A stretch of 64,000 bases of DNA from an uncultured virus (IMG/VR IMGVR_UViG_3300008111_000022) (Duplodnaviria; Heunggongvirae; Uroviricota; Caudoviricetes), in IMG/VR virus record IMGVR_UViG_3300008111_000022. The stretch is one strand, 5' to 3'. Shown piece by piece: positions 40,204-50,641 of this stretch. Positions within the stretch are counted from its first letter, which is position 1; each line of letters starts with the position of its first letter. Both the position numbers and the translations under genes were made by a program. The notes under the pieces were generated by a model. The model ran no database searches. It saw only the letters and a list, made by a program, of their open reading frames with translations, and was not told the origin of the DNA.

Positions 40204-40467
40204 CTACCATTTTTGCACTGGACAATAGGCTGCCACAAACTTCACCTTATGTTCTAACCAACAACCACAATGTCTACAACGTTTCTGTTGTTCATGATAA
40301 TATTCACAGGTCTTACATGTATTCAATCGTTCTTCCCTTAACTGATCACTGGCATAGATCTGATGTTCTATAGGCATCATTGCATCCTTGACAACTTCAA
40401 ATGTAAACTGTGCAAGATTCTTTCCTTGCTCAACTAATGACGGAAACTCTTCTTTATTGTCCGACAT
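40204..40467 (-). CDS. Cys-rich small protein (DUF6171-like)
   Basis: CxxC-x9-CxxCxC-x12-CP-x3-W. Confidence 0.7.
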   Translation of the reverse strand: MSDNKEEFPSLVEQGKNLAQFTFEVVKDAMMPIEHQIYASDQLREERLNTCKTCEYYHEQQKRCRHCGCWLEHKVKFVAAYCPVQKW

Positions 40468-41053
40468 AGAACCACCCTGTGATTACATACTTTGTTCCTT
40501 TTAAGACTAATCCACCACGATGACAATGTGTTAAACCAGCAGGCCAAATAAGTAATGTTCCTTTGCTTGGATTGATTCTCTTCTTATAATACAGAAACTC
40601 AGTCTCTCCACCTTCAAAATCATCATTCAAATAAAACATCCAAACAGCAACTCTTGCCGAATGTTGCATGGCACTGTTCTCATCATGCCAGACATGATAA
40701 CCACCACCAGCAGGAGTCTTTTGTACCTTTTGATTGATCGAATACAAGGTAATTGGTTTAAGATGTCCAAACACGGTCGTATACTCAGACAGACATTGTT
40801 TTAGAACTTCATTAACCTGTTGTTGTGGATTTGTCGGTTTAATATGAGCACCGAGTTCACCTAGATCAAGTGCCCAATCAAATCGTCCTGCATTACTATT
40901 CTCAAACTGATGATCTTCACAAAAGACGGCATCCATATCATGATAATAATCAAATGCGGATACGATCTCATCACACAGATCAAAACTTAATATATTTTCG
41001 TATGTGCCGATGAAGTCTTCATACGTTCCTTTTAATTGTGTAGATTCTTCCAT
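40454..41053 (-). CDS. 2OG-Fe(II) oxygenase (prolyl 4-hydroxylase-like)
   Basis: YHVWHDE, YLNDDFEGGETEF, HCHRG, KYVITGW. Confidence 0.88.
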   Translation of the reverse strand: MEESTQLKGTYEDFIGTYENILSFDLCDEIVSAFDYYHDMDAVFCEDHQFENSNAGRFDWALDLGELGAHIKPTNPQQQVNEVLKQCLSEYTTVFGHLKPITLYSINQKVQKTPAGGGYHVWHDENSAMQHSARVAVWMFYLNDDFEGGETEFLYYKKRINPSKGTLLIWPAGLTHCHRGGLVLKGTKYVITGWFYVGQ

Positions 41054-41355
41054 TGTTCTGCTTCTGGATACTTTTCAATCACCTTATTCACAAACAAATC
41101 ATAATACGTCTCATTCCATGATTCGACATTACGTCCCCACTTTTCGATCGGACATTCTTCATACAAATGTTTCACCTTATTCGGCACATAACAATTGCAC
41201 AGAATACAACCTTGATTCTCTGCATGATAATGTTTACAATCAAGACAATGATCTAATCGTTTCTTTTCTTCTTCGGGATGAACGGGAAACAAGAACTTTG
41301 CATCGTTCATTTCACACACAATATGAAAGACAAACTCTGATAGTTCCATACTCAT
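41032..41355 (-). CDS. Cys-rich small protein, paralog of 40204-40467
   Basis: Same CxxC-x9-CxxCxC-x12-CP-x3-W spacing. Confidence 0.7.
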   Translation of the reverse strand: MSMELSEFVFHIVCEMNDAKFLFPVHPEEEKKRLDHCLDCKHYHAENQGCILCNCYVPNKVKHLYEECPIEKWGRNVESWNETYYDLFVNKVIEKYPEAEQWKNLHN

Positions 41356-41397
41356 TTCAATTGAATTCTTTGATTATAACATTCTGATGCTGAAATG

Positions 41398-42657
41398 TCA
41401 AGCAATGTTTGATCTCTGTACCAGTGCTCCTGATGCACCTTTGTTTGCCCAACGAGTATTGGATACATTCAACCATGGGCCAGCACTACCACCATTGGCG
41501 ACGTTTGTTGAACCACCAGCGGCACCATAGGTTCCACCTGCACCGCCATTAAAACCTGCACTGGTATTCGATGTCTGATTCTGTGCCGAATATCCACCAC
41601 CACAATTTAATGAAGCAGCAGATCCTGGTGAATTACCACCAACTGGCCCTGCGGTATTGTTTGATCCTTGTCCCGTACCTCCACCACCACCTGCGGCGGC
41701 AGCTGCAGACCCAATGTTCGTGTCTGATCCACCACTACATCCCAAATACCATGGTGTAAAATACCAGACACCCTGGGATCTTTGTCCTCTGAAATAGGTC
41801 ACACTTCCACCTGCATTACAATAGTTTTGTGTCTCTCCAGCCGCACAACTACCTGGGCAACCTGCCCACCAGTCCCAGTTAAATGTCGTCTGATAAGAAT
41901 AATAATTAGAACAAATTGTCGTGCCACTGACATTACCAAATGGCCCACCAGCACCACCACCTCCACCACCTGCAATCAGTGCCGTATTGGATAGATTTAA
42001 GTTAATGGTCGATGCATTCCCTGTCGTGCGACTTGTCGTATTTCTCAGATACAATGCACCACCACCACTATTACCATTTGTCGCGGCAGAATTGACGGTT
42101 TGACCAGATCCACCCGTTCCTTCTCTTCCTAATACTTTCGTCGCGGCAAATGTCAAATCTAAATTCAGTGCGGATGCAGAAAAGACAATGGCATGAGCAC
42201 CTGTCGTGCTTCCCTTCCATGTTGAATTATCAAATGTAACTCTCTTAGGTACATTTAAATCAATGTTGGATGACCAGTTATCACCAATTTGTCCTCCACC
42301 AGGACTAATATCAACCTGACTATTACTTCCACCCGTATAAGATACATCATAACGTTTGATCATATTTTTCAATGATGAAACTTTATGATTATTCGCAGCG
42401 GTAACTCCTGCACCATCGACACCACAAGTCTGATTCTCATAGGCATCGGGTACAATCGCAGTTGCCGCTGCTTTCTCATCGGGATTTGCATTAACATCCG
42501 CAAAGACTTCATTTGCACCTGTCTTTCTGCGATAATCACCAAATCGAATATTTGTCCCAGGTCTACCCATTGTAGAGGCAATCGTACTGAAACTCAGTGC
42601 TCCCACACCTGGCCCAATATCTTGAAAGTATTTGGTCTGTGTCGTATTAACAGGCAT
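41398..42657 (-). CDS. Glycine-rich tail adhesin / receptor-binding-like protein
   Basis: IAGGGGGGAGG and GGAGGTYGAAG glycine runs as in T-even gp38-like adhesins; CTAAATA late-promoter-like site about 30 bp upstream. Confidence 0.6.
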   Translation of the reverse strand: MPVNTTQTKYFQDIGPGVGALSFSTIASTMGRPGTNIRFGDYRRKTGANEVFADVNANPDEKAAATAIVPDAYENQTCGVDGAGVTAANNHKVSSLKNMIKRYDVSYTGGSNSQVDISPGGGQIGDNWSSNIDLNVPKRVTFDNSTWKGSTTGAHAIVFSASALNLDLTFAATKVLGREGTGGSGQTVNSAATNGNSGGGALYLRNTTSRTTGNASTINLNLSNTALIAGGGGGGAGGPFGNVSGTTICSNYYSYQTTFNWDWWAGCPGSCAAGETQNYCNAGGSVTYFRGQRSQGVWYFTPWYLGCSGGSDTNIGSAAAAAGGGGGTGQGSNNTAGPVGGNSPGSAASLNCGGGYSAQNQTSNTSAGFNGGAGGTYGAAGGSTNVANGGSAGPWLNVSNTRWANKGASGALVQRSNIA

Positions 42658-42698
42658 TGCGACAAGAATAGATGTCTATTTTTAGATATTTAGACTCA

Positions 42699-43211
42699 TT
42701 ACCGATATTTGATCGCAACCGTGAACCGATGACGATTTCGAAATGTTGTCGCACGATGTAAAATCGATGCATCAAAAATTGATAATCGATTTGGTAATGG
42801 ACAAATACCCTGAATACTATCATCCATATAAAATTGTGTCTCACCACCATCATTCAGATTCCATTCTAAATGTGGATAATACAACAAGGTATAACCAGTC
42901 TGATCATCAATATGAAAATAAGGATTCTCTCCTGGTGCAAAACAATTCACATACATTCGATACATCTTCAAAGATCCAAGAAAATCAAATGTTTCTATAA
43001 TCTTTCGACTGAATAACTTATAGACAAATTCATGCCCAGAAATATGATGCACCATACCTGTCGGAGGATAACCAACAATATCAGGTTCACCATAATGATA
43101 ATTCGCACTCAGACAGTATTGATATACTCTCTGATGCTCTGGTTTGGTTAAAAAGTTATCGACAAAATTAATTTGCATGAATCGTTGACCGAATGTGTAA
43201 ATTAAATGCAA
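42699..43211 (-). CDS. 2OG-Fe(II) oxygenase
   Basis: PYFHIDD, GGETQF, ILHRAT, RFTVAIKY. Start is probably the ATG near 43178. Confidence 0.85.
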   Translation of the reverse strand: MHLIYTFGQRFMQINFVDNFLTKPEHQRVYQYCLSANYHYGEPDIVGYPPTGMVHHISGHEFVYKLFSRKIIETFDFLGSLKMYRMYVNCFAPGENPYFHIDDQTGYTLLYYPHLEWNLNDGGETQFYMDDSIQGICPLPNRLSIFDASILHRATTFRNRHRFTVAIKYR

Positions 43212-43788
43212 CCGTGATTCTAGGATAATCTGGTGTCGGTTGTGATGGTCTCACCCGATGTCCCAAATGTGCAGGAAAGATAATCAAATCACCCTCACGA
43301 ATCTGTGGATTGTACACATAGAAATTATTATACCTTCGATTCAATTTACTGAGTGAATCAATGAATGTCACGGGTACATGACGTTCTGGATCGAATTGTA
43401 AGAAATGAATTGCGGAAAAGTGTGCATCAGGTTCATTAAATGACATTCCAATATGATCGTGCTCTTCCTGATATTCACCGTTCTCATAGTAATTAAACCA
43501 TGCAGTCGTGAACTGAAATTCTGTACCTTTACCGAATACCTGACTGAAATGTTTCTCATAGTTCTGTCGAACTTCTGAGGGTTGAATAAACATTTTATAA
43601 TTGATGTTATCCTGCTCAAATGTTGTATAAACCTTATCTGTAATCCAACCAGCAGGTTTATCAATCTGATGATCTTTCTGATACTGCAATATCTTCGGAA
43701 GAAGAAGTTCTTTGAGAACTTGATTCTTCTCCCGAAGACTGTATTGATAAATGTAAGTCGGAAAGATAATCTTTCTATATTTGTTCAT
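43168..43788 (-). CDS. 2OG-Fe(II) oxygenase-like protein (TIGR02466-like)
   Basis: WFNYY..GEYQEEHDH, EGDLIIFPAHLGHRV, RITVAFN. Confidence 0.8.
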   Translation of the reverse strand: MNKYRKIIFPTYIYQYSLREKNQVLKELLLPKILQYQKDHQIDKPAGWITDKVYTTFEQDNINYKMFIQPSEVRQNYEKHFSQVFGKGTEFQFTTAWFNYYENGEYQEEHDHIGMSFNEPDAHFSAIHFLQFDPERHVPVTFIDSLSKLNRRYNNFYVYNPQIREGDLIIFPAHLGHRVRPSQPTPDYPRITVAFNLHIRSTIHAN

Positions 43789-46700
43789 GCTTCACAGGTT
43801 GTTGATAGTACACATCATTCCAATGTCTTATGACCCCCGCAACAATAAAAAGATTAGTAATGAGATAAGTGAGAAATATAAGAGTCCGTAAACAAGCAAT
43901 GTGGTCTGCTTCTCTGTCATTTTTCGTCGCCTTCTGACCAAGTGCCTTCGCCCATAACCTCCACATATTCTTTTTCTTCTTCATAGACTGATTCTCTTGA
44001 TCTTACATATTGGAGTTCATTCCATTGATTATTATAGCACAAAACTAACAACCGATCATTACGATGCAGATTACATGCTGCATAGTTCTCATAATTCTTC
44101 GGTTTGACGTTTAATTCAATCGTGATATATTCTTTGCCCTTGAAATACACCCATCCCTCAACCTTGTGATTCCAATAGACATAATGATTGACTTCGGGTG
44201 TATAACTCATACAAAGCAAGACTCCAGTACAGTTTTCTTCGGCACCATTGCAGAATAGGGTGACGTATCATTTATACTAACAACGTCCCCGACCTTTCCT
44301 GAATTGATGGGGGAGTGATATTGTTTGGTTTTGGTGTTGTAGAAGCCCCAGATGCAACTGACTTTATCACCAAGGTTATAGTCAAAACTGCGATCAAAAT
44401 GAATCCAGATTCCAACAATATTTCTTTGAAATTGTTTTTGTTCATAATGATAACCTTTAGGTGCTTTGTGAGGGAATTCAATAGTCATCGCCATACTTGA
44501 GTCCTGATTCGGCATTGAGCAATTCTACAGTAGTTTGAAACCCTTTGGCAACTGTCAATTCATGAGTCTTTCCAATGTCATACACTGCTTCAACATCGTA
44601 GGTTGGTGCAGTAATCCAACTAAATCCCTTGCCAAAAGTATTATCAGGATTGACCACATACCAATGGCAAGCAGTGTCAGGGACGAATACAGAACATTTT
44701 TTCCAGTCATTGTCCCATTGAGGTACTTGTACAAAGGATAGTGCGGCAAACAGAAAACCGAAAAGACTCAGAAACATGATCAATCTTCGTCGATAAGTGC
44801 TTTCAGATAGGCAGGATTCACTCCATCGGCAAGATAACCCTGAAGACGTACACTACACTCTTCTTTTGTAAGTTTAGTGTCGGTCACTTCCCACCCTTGG
44901 GTGAATACTTGTACGATTTTATAGTAAGTTGTTTCGGTCATGATCAGGTCAGAAATACATCAACAAGTCGGGACTCTTCATCTTCTGCAAGGGCAAATTT
45001 GGGTGCCTTCACAATATTTGGCATAATGCGATCTTCATAGTTAACATCAAAACATGAAGTTTCATGAACATTTTTATTTGTCAGAAGATCAAAGCATTCT
45101 TGATCATCGGATGCAATCACACTGATCATGCCACCATATTCAGAAGAAGGAAATGGAACCCAATAATCAACTAGATAAATGTATTTCATTGTTACTTGTA
45201 AATTACTCCTTGATTGTAGATGAATGTTTTGTGTTTGTCAATAGAGTTTGTTGCCTTTCAATTTCAAACTTAATGGGCAATAGATGAGAAGTAAAGAAAC
45301 CAGCATAGGGACCGTCTTTTAACAGTTCACGAATGTTCTCCACTTGCATCAGAGCAAGAGTTAGTTGCATTTTTCTATCCATCACATGAACTCTGCAATG
45401 TAATAATCACAAGTCACCTCAAGTTCTGCTGCTTTCCTCTCAATCTCATTATCAATAATCTTTTGAGCTTGATTTTCATATTCAAGATACCGTTGCTTGG
45501 CAAGATGATACATTTCCTGAACTTGAGCGTGCTTCATAAAATCATCAAAGGCATTCATGAATTGAGTGATTTCTTCATCGTTCATTGGCGCATCCAATCG
45601 TTTGACAGTAGTAGGCATCATACATCTTCTGATCACGTTGGATCAGAAAGATATTATAACCAATAATGGTAATTGCCGCAACAGCAGCATAAGCAATATA
45701 TTTCTTTTTCATCAGCAGGCACCATAAAAAGGATTACCCTCTTGAGGAGAGTTTTGATTGTCACCAGTCACCACATAATCATAAGCAAGACGTTCACGAA
45801 TGGCAACTGCCTTCTCCACACGGTTCAGATACTTCTTGGAGATCTGATCAATACCTTTCCAGGAAAGAATTTGCATACACCATTCTTCTGAGATGTCACC
45901 GAACGGAGTAGCAACAGGGTAGAAACCGATCAGCATGGTGCCATCTTTAGATTGCAGGGTGGGGAAGTCAGGCATGAGGTGTGTCCCGATTACCTCTGTA
46001 TTATAGGTCAGAAAGACGGCACCACGTCGTTGCGTAGTCCAGTTTGGGAAGTGTCCATCTGCTCCCAAACGGAATAGAGTTTGTTATACAGTGCAGGCAC
46101 ACTCCCATATTCCCGTGCGATTCTATTTTCTTCACGGAGATTGAGTTCTTGCAGTGCAGATAGAATCACACCAAGTTCATGAACATTTAGATTTACTTGT
46201 GTTTCAGTCATTTCTTTTCAGTCTCCTTTACTACAGGTTTGGTATAGGGAATTCTACCAGTCTCATTATAATTGATAATATCATACTTAAACTTACACTC
46301 TAATGGTTTTTGATTACAAAGTTTGAGTGCATCATTATAAGATGACTGGCTATAAAAAGCACCCCCAGTAATGAATCCAAGCACGGCAGTTAAAATAAAA
46401 CTTGGATAAACAACAACTTCTTTCATATTCAATCCCAAGAAACATTTTGAAGTAAGAACCCAGGCATCACATATGTCCAGGCACCAGTGTCAGTGCTTCC
46501 ACCGACCTTATATTCCCACTTATACTCATATTTGTTGTGACTGTCCCAAGTCATGTACCCCTTCACTTTATCAAAACGACCTTTGATCGTCAACTTATGT
46601 TTGTTAGAAAAGATATTACGGGTGCGAAGTGCTCCACCAGTCTCACGGGTTTCGACAACCTTACAGACATCAGGATAGGTTTGAAGTCCTGCTTCAAGTA

Positions 46701-46830
46701 CACAGGGAGTTTCATATACAAATGGTCGATAGACTTTAGGTGCAGGTGGTGCAGTCTGTGCAAGTGCTGGTGATGTGACCAGCAATGACATGATAAGAAA
46801 AAGTTTTTTCATCCAATTACTCTCCAACAA
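43775..46830 (-). other. Run of small hypothetical genes (43775, 43917, 44207, 44478, 44944, 45203, 45382, 45712, 46008, 46208, 46429)
   Basis: Abutting or overlapping minus-strand ORFs; several have hydrophobic or signal-like N-termini; internal TTGACA-17-TACAAT at 45213-45241. Confidence 0.6.
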
Positions 46831-47123
46831 ACAACAGCATTGCCCTTACTTGTAGAAGCAATATGGGCAAAGGCAGCATAAGACAGATCAAGGTCAGCAT
46901 GAGAATATGGACCACGATCATTTACACGAACGATTACTTGTTTTCCGTTGTCTTGGTTTGTAACTCTAATTTTAGTTCCCATAGGAAGGTAAGGGTGAGC
47001 AGCAGTCCAACGGTAAGCATCAAATCGTTCTCCGTTTGCAGTAGTTTGTCCATGAAAACCATCACCAATTCCATAAAATGTAGTGATGCCACATGCAAGA
47101 CCAGCAATCAAAGTTTCAATCAT
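46809..47123 (-). CDS. RlpA-like double-psi beta-barrel protein (lytic transglycosylase family)
   Basis: GFHGQTTANGERFD, TAAHPYLPMGTKIRVTN, VIVRVNDRGPY, LDLSYAAF. Confidence 0.88.
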   Translation of the reverse strand: MIETLIAGLACGITTFYGIGDGFHGQTTANGERFDAYRWTAAHPYLPMGTKIRVTNQDNGKQVIVRVNDRGPYSHADLDLSYAAFAHIASTSKGNAVVCWRVIG

Positions 47124-47438
47124 TCCTTAATTTCATCTCCCACAAATTCCAGATAATTATATCCAATTAATTTACGACCTTGATGTGTCTCAGTATCAAT
47201 CAAAATATTTTCTTTTTCTAGTTTTTCCAATCGACGATTGGTTGCAGTATTCAGTTTAGGTGTCCAGTAATAACTCATGAGATTCCTCCTTTCTTGTTAT
47301 ATTCTATCATAGATCGTCGTGCAGAGTAATCCTCAAATTGAGTTGCAAACGATGCAATCGTCCGACCATTATCTGCCCAGTGCAAATACCAACGATTTGC
47401 AAACTGTTTAATTAGAATTGGTTTATCCATATTGGTAA

Positions 47439-47630
47439 TCATTTGATGTCACCCTCGGCAATCAAACCCATGATCTCACGGGCAGTGGCAGCAAAGTTAA
47501 TGTGATCCTCAAGACCTTCATCACTGTAGATCTTGAACACATCAGATTGCCGATAAGTGTCTACAATCAGAGCACAGGCATCATACAGAGCAGCAACGTG
47601 GTGTGCCTTAGAGGGAAAAGAGAGTGCCAT
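47439..47630 (-). CDS. Small early protein
   Basis: Own palindrome-type promoter at 47657-47715. Confidence 0.6.
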   Translation of the reverse strand: MALSFPSKAHHVAALYDACALIVDTYRQSDVFKIYSDEGLEDHINFAATAREIMGLIAEGDIK

Positions 47631-47657
47631 GGGGGTGTTCTCTTGATTACCTTGTAA

Positions 47658-48155
47658 TTATACTGCCGAACAAAGTCGGTTGCCAAAGGGATGTGCCACT
47701 TGCAGTTCTGGCACATTCAATTCATCGTACAAATAGTCCAGATATAGGGTTTCTTCTTGCTCCCGTGCCTCTATTTCGTGTGGTTGATGCCAATAATCCA
47801 TATTTTCCATGCATTCTTTACCATAATACATTTTTCCGCTTCGCAACCGCAGTGAACCGACTACCCACTGCCGCAGATGGGTCAGTTCATGTAAAAGAGT
47901 TTTTATATACAACTCATCATCCATATGGGTATTCAGTTCAATCAGAAAGTGACGTGGACGATAGGTCTCACCCACAACGTCACAATATCCATAAACCTGC
48001 TCACGATTCAGACCACGATGAACAATATCCACCGTAATCTTATGGCGTGGGAAGAATCGATTCAGAAACCAAGAGGTAACATCCTCACAGGTCCGCTTGC
48101 GATAACCATATCCAGAATGCGTGATGTAAGACATTGACCCCAGTGCAAAAACCAA
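47658..48155 (-). CDS. Putative zinc metallopeptidase (HExxH)
   Basis: TLLHELTHLRQW...QPHEIEA. Confidence 0.7.
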   Translation of the reverse strand: MVFALGSMSYITHSGYGYRKRTCEDVTSWFLNRFFPRHKITVDIVHRGLNREQVYGYCDVVGETYRPRHFLIELNTHMDDELYIKTLLHELTHLRQWVVGSLRLRSGKMYYGKECMENMDYWHQPHEIEAREQEETLYLDYLYDELNVPELQVAHPFGNRLCSAV

Positions 48156-48198
48156 ATGAACGAAGAAACAAACAGGAGTTTTTCCTTAGCAGTCATAC

Positions 48199-48444
48199 TC
48201 AACGTGCAACAATATCCAAAGTCTCCATCAACATCAGAGCAAGTTCAATCTGATGATCCTCATCAACCAGAGGAATGTTAGTTTCAACAAACTCCGATGC
48301 AAGTTGCTGCAAGAGGTCAGTCATTCGCTCATCTGCGAATACTGAAGTAGCAAACTCATTCTTGAAACCATCACGCAGCAGTTTGAGAGACTTGGTAACA
48401 GTCAGTTCTTTGATGGTGTCCATGGCGGGTGATGTGTTGAACAT
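48199..48444 (-). CDS. Hypothetical early protein, possibly leaderless
   Basis: ATG at 48444 is 6 nt after TATAAT; alternative ATG at 48423. Confidence 0.6.
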   Translation of the reverse strand: MFNTSPAMDTIKELTVTKSLKLLRDGFKNEFATSVFADERMTDLLQQLASEFVETNIPLVDEDHQIELALMLMETLDIVAR

Positions 48445-48574
48445 GATATTATTATAGGGCATCTGGGGGCAGGTGAGCGCCCCCGTGTGCCAGTTATCGA
48501 AGTGGTTCATCGGGCGTACAAATATGCCCCGCTCCAATCAGCATTCTCAAGCAACCACCAAAGTATAATGGTCA

Positions 48575-48790
48575 TCATGCCCAGTGCTCCAAATACTCTT
48601 TGAGTGAATAGTCTTCTCCAGTGCTAGTTTCTTCAATCAACTCATCAATGCTAAGATCTCTCAAAAGGAAACGATAATCTTCTGGAGAAATGTCGGAATC
48701 TGGATCAAAGTCATCGTGACAGAGAAACTCATACTCCTTAACAAGTGCGTTAATCAGTTTTTCTTTTGTAGGATTCATTTTCTTTGTCAA
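48575..48790 (-). CDS. Small acidic hypothetical protein
   Basis: Track ORF; flanked by a 51-bp imperfect duplication. Confidence 0.6.
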   Translation of the reverse strand: MTKKMNPTKEKLINALVKEYEFLCHDDFDPDSDISPEDYRFLLRDLSIDELIEETSTGEDYSLKEYLEHWA

Positions 48791-48862
48791 GATGATTAAA
48801 CCGAGGAGAGAATAGTGCTAGTGCTGCCCACGCAACACTAGCGGCAATGATAAGGAAGTAAA

Positions 48863-49303
48863 TCATCGTGCGTACAAATATGCCCCACTCCAGTCCGCAT
48901 TTTCCAGCAACCATTCACGCTGCTCAATGATGCGAAGATCATATCGAACACCTTTGGCAGGTGCTTTCCAACTGGCACTTTTATAAATTTCTCCCGTCTT
49001 CTTATCCACAAAAGCATGAACACTACGGGAACCATTGGCAACCATAATGATTTTGTGATACTTACGACCCGTTTCAGGGTAGAACTCATAGTCAGAAATA
49101 CCCTCTTTCAGTTTGATAATCTGCTTTTGATGATACTCTTGAGTGTCAGCATCATCAACAAACTTTTGATGAGACTTGATGCTGTAATCAACAAAGTTCT
49201 GACGCAGTGCCTCACAGAGAGCATAGGTGTGCCCCAGAACTGCCTCTGCAATGTTGTTTCGTGCTTCTTGCTGGGCAGAATACTCGGCAAAGGTGGTAGT
49301 CAT
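48863..49303 (-). CDS. Conserved phage protein (GRKYHKI...SVHAFVD...ASWKAPAK family)
   Basis: Recognisable motif; start MTTTFAE follows TATAAT at 49325-49330. Confidence 0.7.
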   Translation of the reverse strand: MTTTFAEYSAQQEARNNIAEAVLGHTYALCEALRQNFVDYSIKSHQKFVDDADTQEYHQKQIIKLKEGISDYEFYPETGRKYHKIIMVANGSRSVHAFVDKKTGEIYKSASWKAPAKGVRYDLRIIEQREWLLENADWSGAYLYAR

Positions 49304-49559
49304 TGGTTTGTTGCGTATGAGTGTATTATAGGGCATCCCAGAGGGGTCTGGCAGGTCAGTATGCCAGTTCCACATCTGGCACCCAGGTGCTGTCATCTTT
49401 TAGGTATCCCATCCAATCTTGAGGGTCAGTTTCATAAATTTCAATCTCCCGCAGTTCCTCAATCAGTTCAGACAGATTCATGAAAGTTCCTCAATCACTC
49501 AGTTATAATAGCAAAAAACCCCTGCTTTCGCAAGGGTTAGTGTGCCAGTTGTCAGAGTG

Positions 49560-49964
49560 TCACTTGTTCATTTGCAAAGTTGGTACAGGAAGACCATTCT
49601 CCGTAGGAACATAGATGGTCACGTTACCTTTATTCGATCCTTCTTCCAGCCCAGTGATATAAAGATACTGAAGATACTCACGGTTATCTTTCAAACTGTT
49701 ACCAATGATTTGGTTTGCTTTTGCAACACCTTGAGCACGAATCACCTCAGCATCAGCAAGTTGTTGTGCTGAATCTTTCTTTGCTTGTGCTTCCAGAACT
49801 GCTACCTGACGAGTATATTCTGCTTTCTGAAGTTCTGCTTTACCTTGCAGAGATTGTGCCCACACATTATAGAGAGGACCAACCACAGCATTGATAATAA
49901 ACAGAGAGAGAATAAAGGAAGCACCAATAATTGTGGCGTTCCGCATAGTGTTATCTTCTTTCAT
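49560..49964 (-). CDS. Membrane-anchored SPFH/band-7-like coiled-coil protein
   Basis: N-terminal TM helix; AEVIRAQGVAKANQIIGNSL..YLQYL; IYVPTENGLP. Confidence 0.7.
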   Translation of the reverse strand: MKEDNTMRNATIIGASFILSLFIINAVVGPLYNVWAQSLQGKAELQKAEYTRQVAVLEAQAKKDSAQQLADAEVIRAQGVAKANQIIGNSLKDNREYLQYLYITGLEEGSNKGNVTIYVPTENGLPVPTLQMNK

Positions 49965-50152
49965 TTTGAGGAAACTCCAGAGTTTTTAAAGATCATGTTG
50001 GCAAGGATGATAATAGCAAGATTCTGCCAAAAGGTCAACGATATACTAAACCAGGACAGAATCAAACCAAGCAACCATGCTTCAAACAAAATGCTTGCCG
50101 TTACAATAACAACAGCAGCAAATACAACACCAAGAGCAGTAGTAGTTTTCAT
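49961..50152 (-). CDS. Small membrane protein
   Basis: Two hydrophobic segments. Confidence 0.6.
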   Translation of the reverse strand: MKTTTALGVVFAAVVIVTASILFEAWLLGLILSWFSISLTFWQNLAIIILANMIFKNSGVSSK

Positions 50153-50155
50153 AGA

Positions 50156-50563
50156 TCAAGCAGCAAGAGCACCAGAGGGAATTTCAACACCTTCCATATA
50201 TGAATCGTGCCATTGGCAGGTATCATAGCACAACCATTCACCAGATTGAGTATAGAGATAGGCAAACTCTTCACCATTCTGAAGATACTCTGCCAGGTCT
50301 TTATCGTGCCTAGGTTCAGTTACTTCACCACGAGTAGAGTAATACAGAGGACCAGTTGTAGGCAGAGTTTCATTATCCCAACCTACATTTGTCCAGAGTG
50401 CAGAGATATCACCACCATCAATCAGTTGTGAAACTTTAGCACGAGTGTTGAAATGTTCTTTGAGTTTAACACCATTGAACTCAGGATAACCGTCCCAATG
50501 ACAATAAACAGAAAGAATTGAACCATCTTTGAGTTCAATGCCAATGCGAGAACGGGTTGCCAT
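50156..50563 (-). CDS. Conserved phage protein (TRSxI...YCHWDGYP family)
   Basis: MATRSRIGI...SVYCHWDGYP...EEFAYLY. Confidence 0.72.
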   Translation of the reverse strand: MATRSRIGIELKDGSILSVYCHWDGYPEFNGVKLKEHFNTRAKVSQLIDGGDISALWTNVGWDNETLPTTGPLYYSTRGEVTEPRHDKDLAEYLQNGEEFAYLYTQSGEWLCYDTCQWHDSYMEGVEIPSGALAA

Positions 50564-50641
50564 GGGGTGTCTGTCGATTACCTTGTAATTATAGTGCCAA
50601 ACAAGGCAGGGGCAGGGGCAGAGTGGACAGTTATCAAACTG

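Noticed and set aside
48507..48913. Diversity-generating retroelement template/variable repeat pair
   Set aside because: Mismatches are not adenine-specific, all are synonymous, and no reverse transcriptase is in the window.
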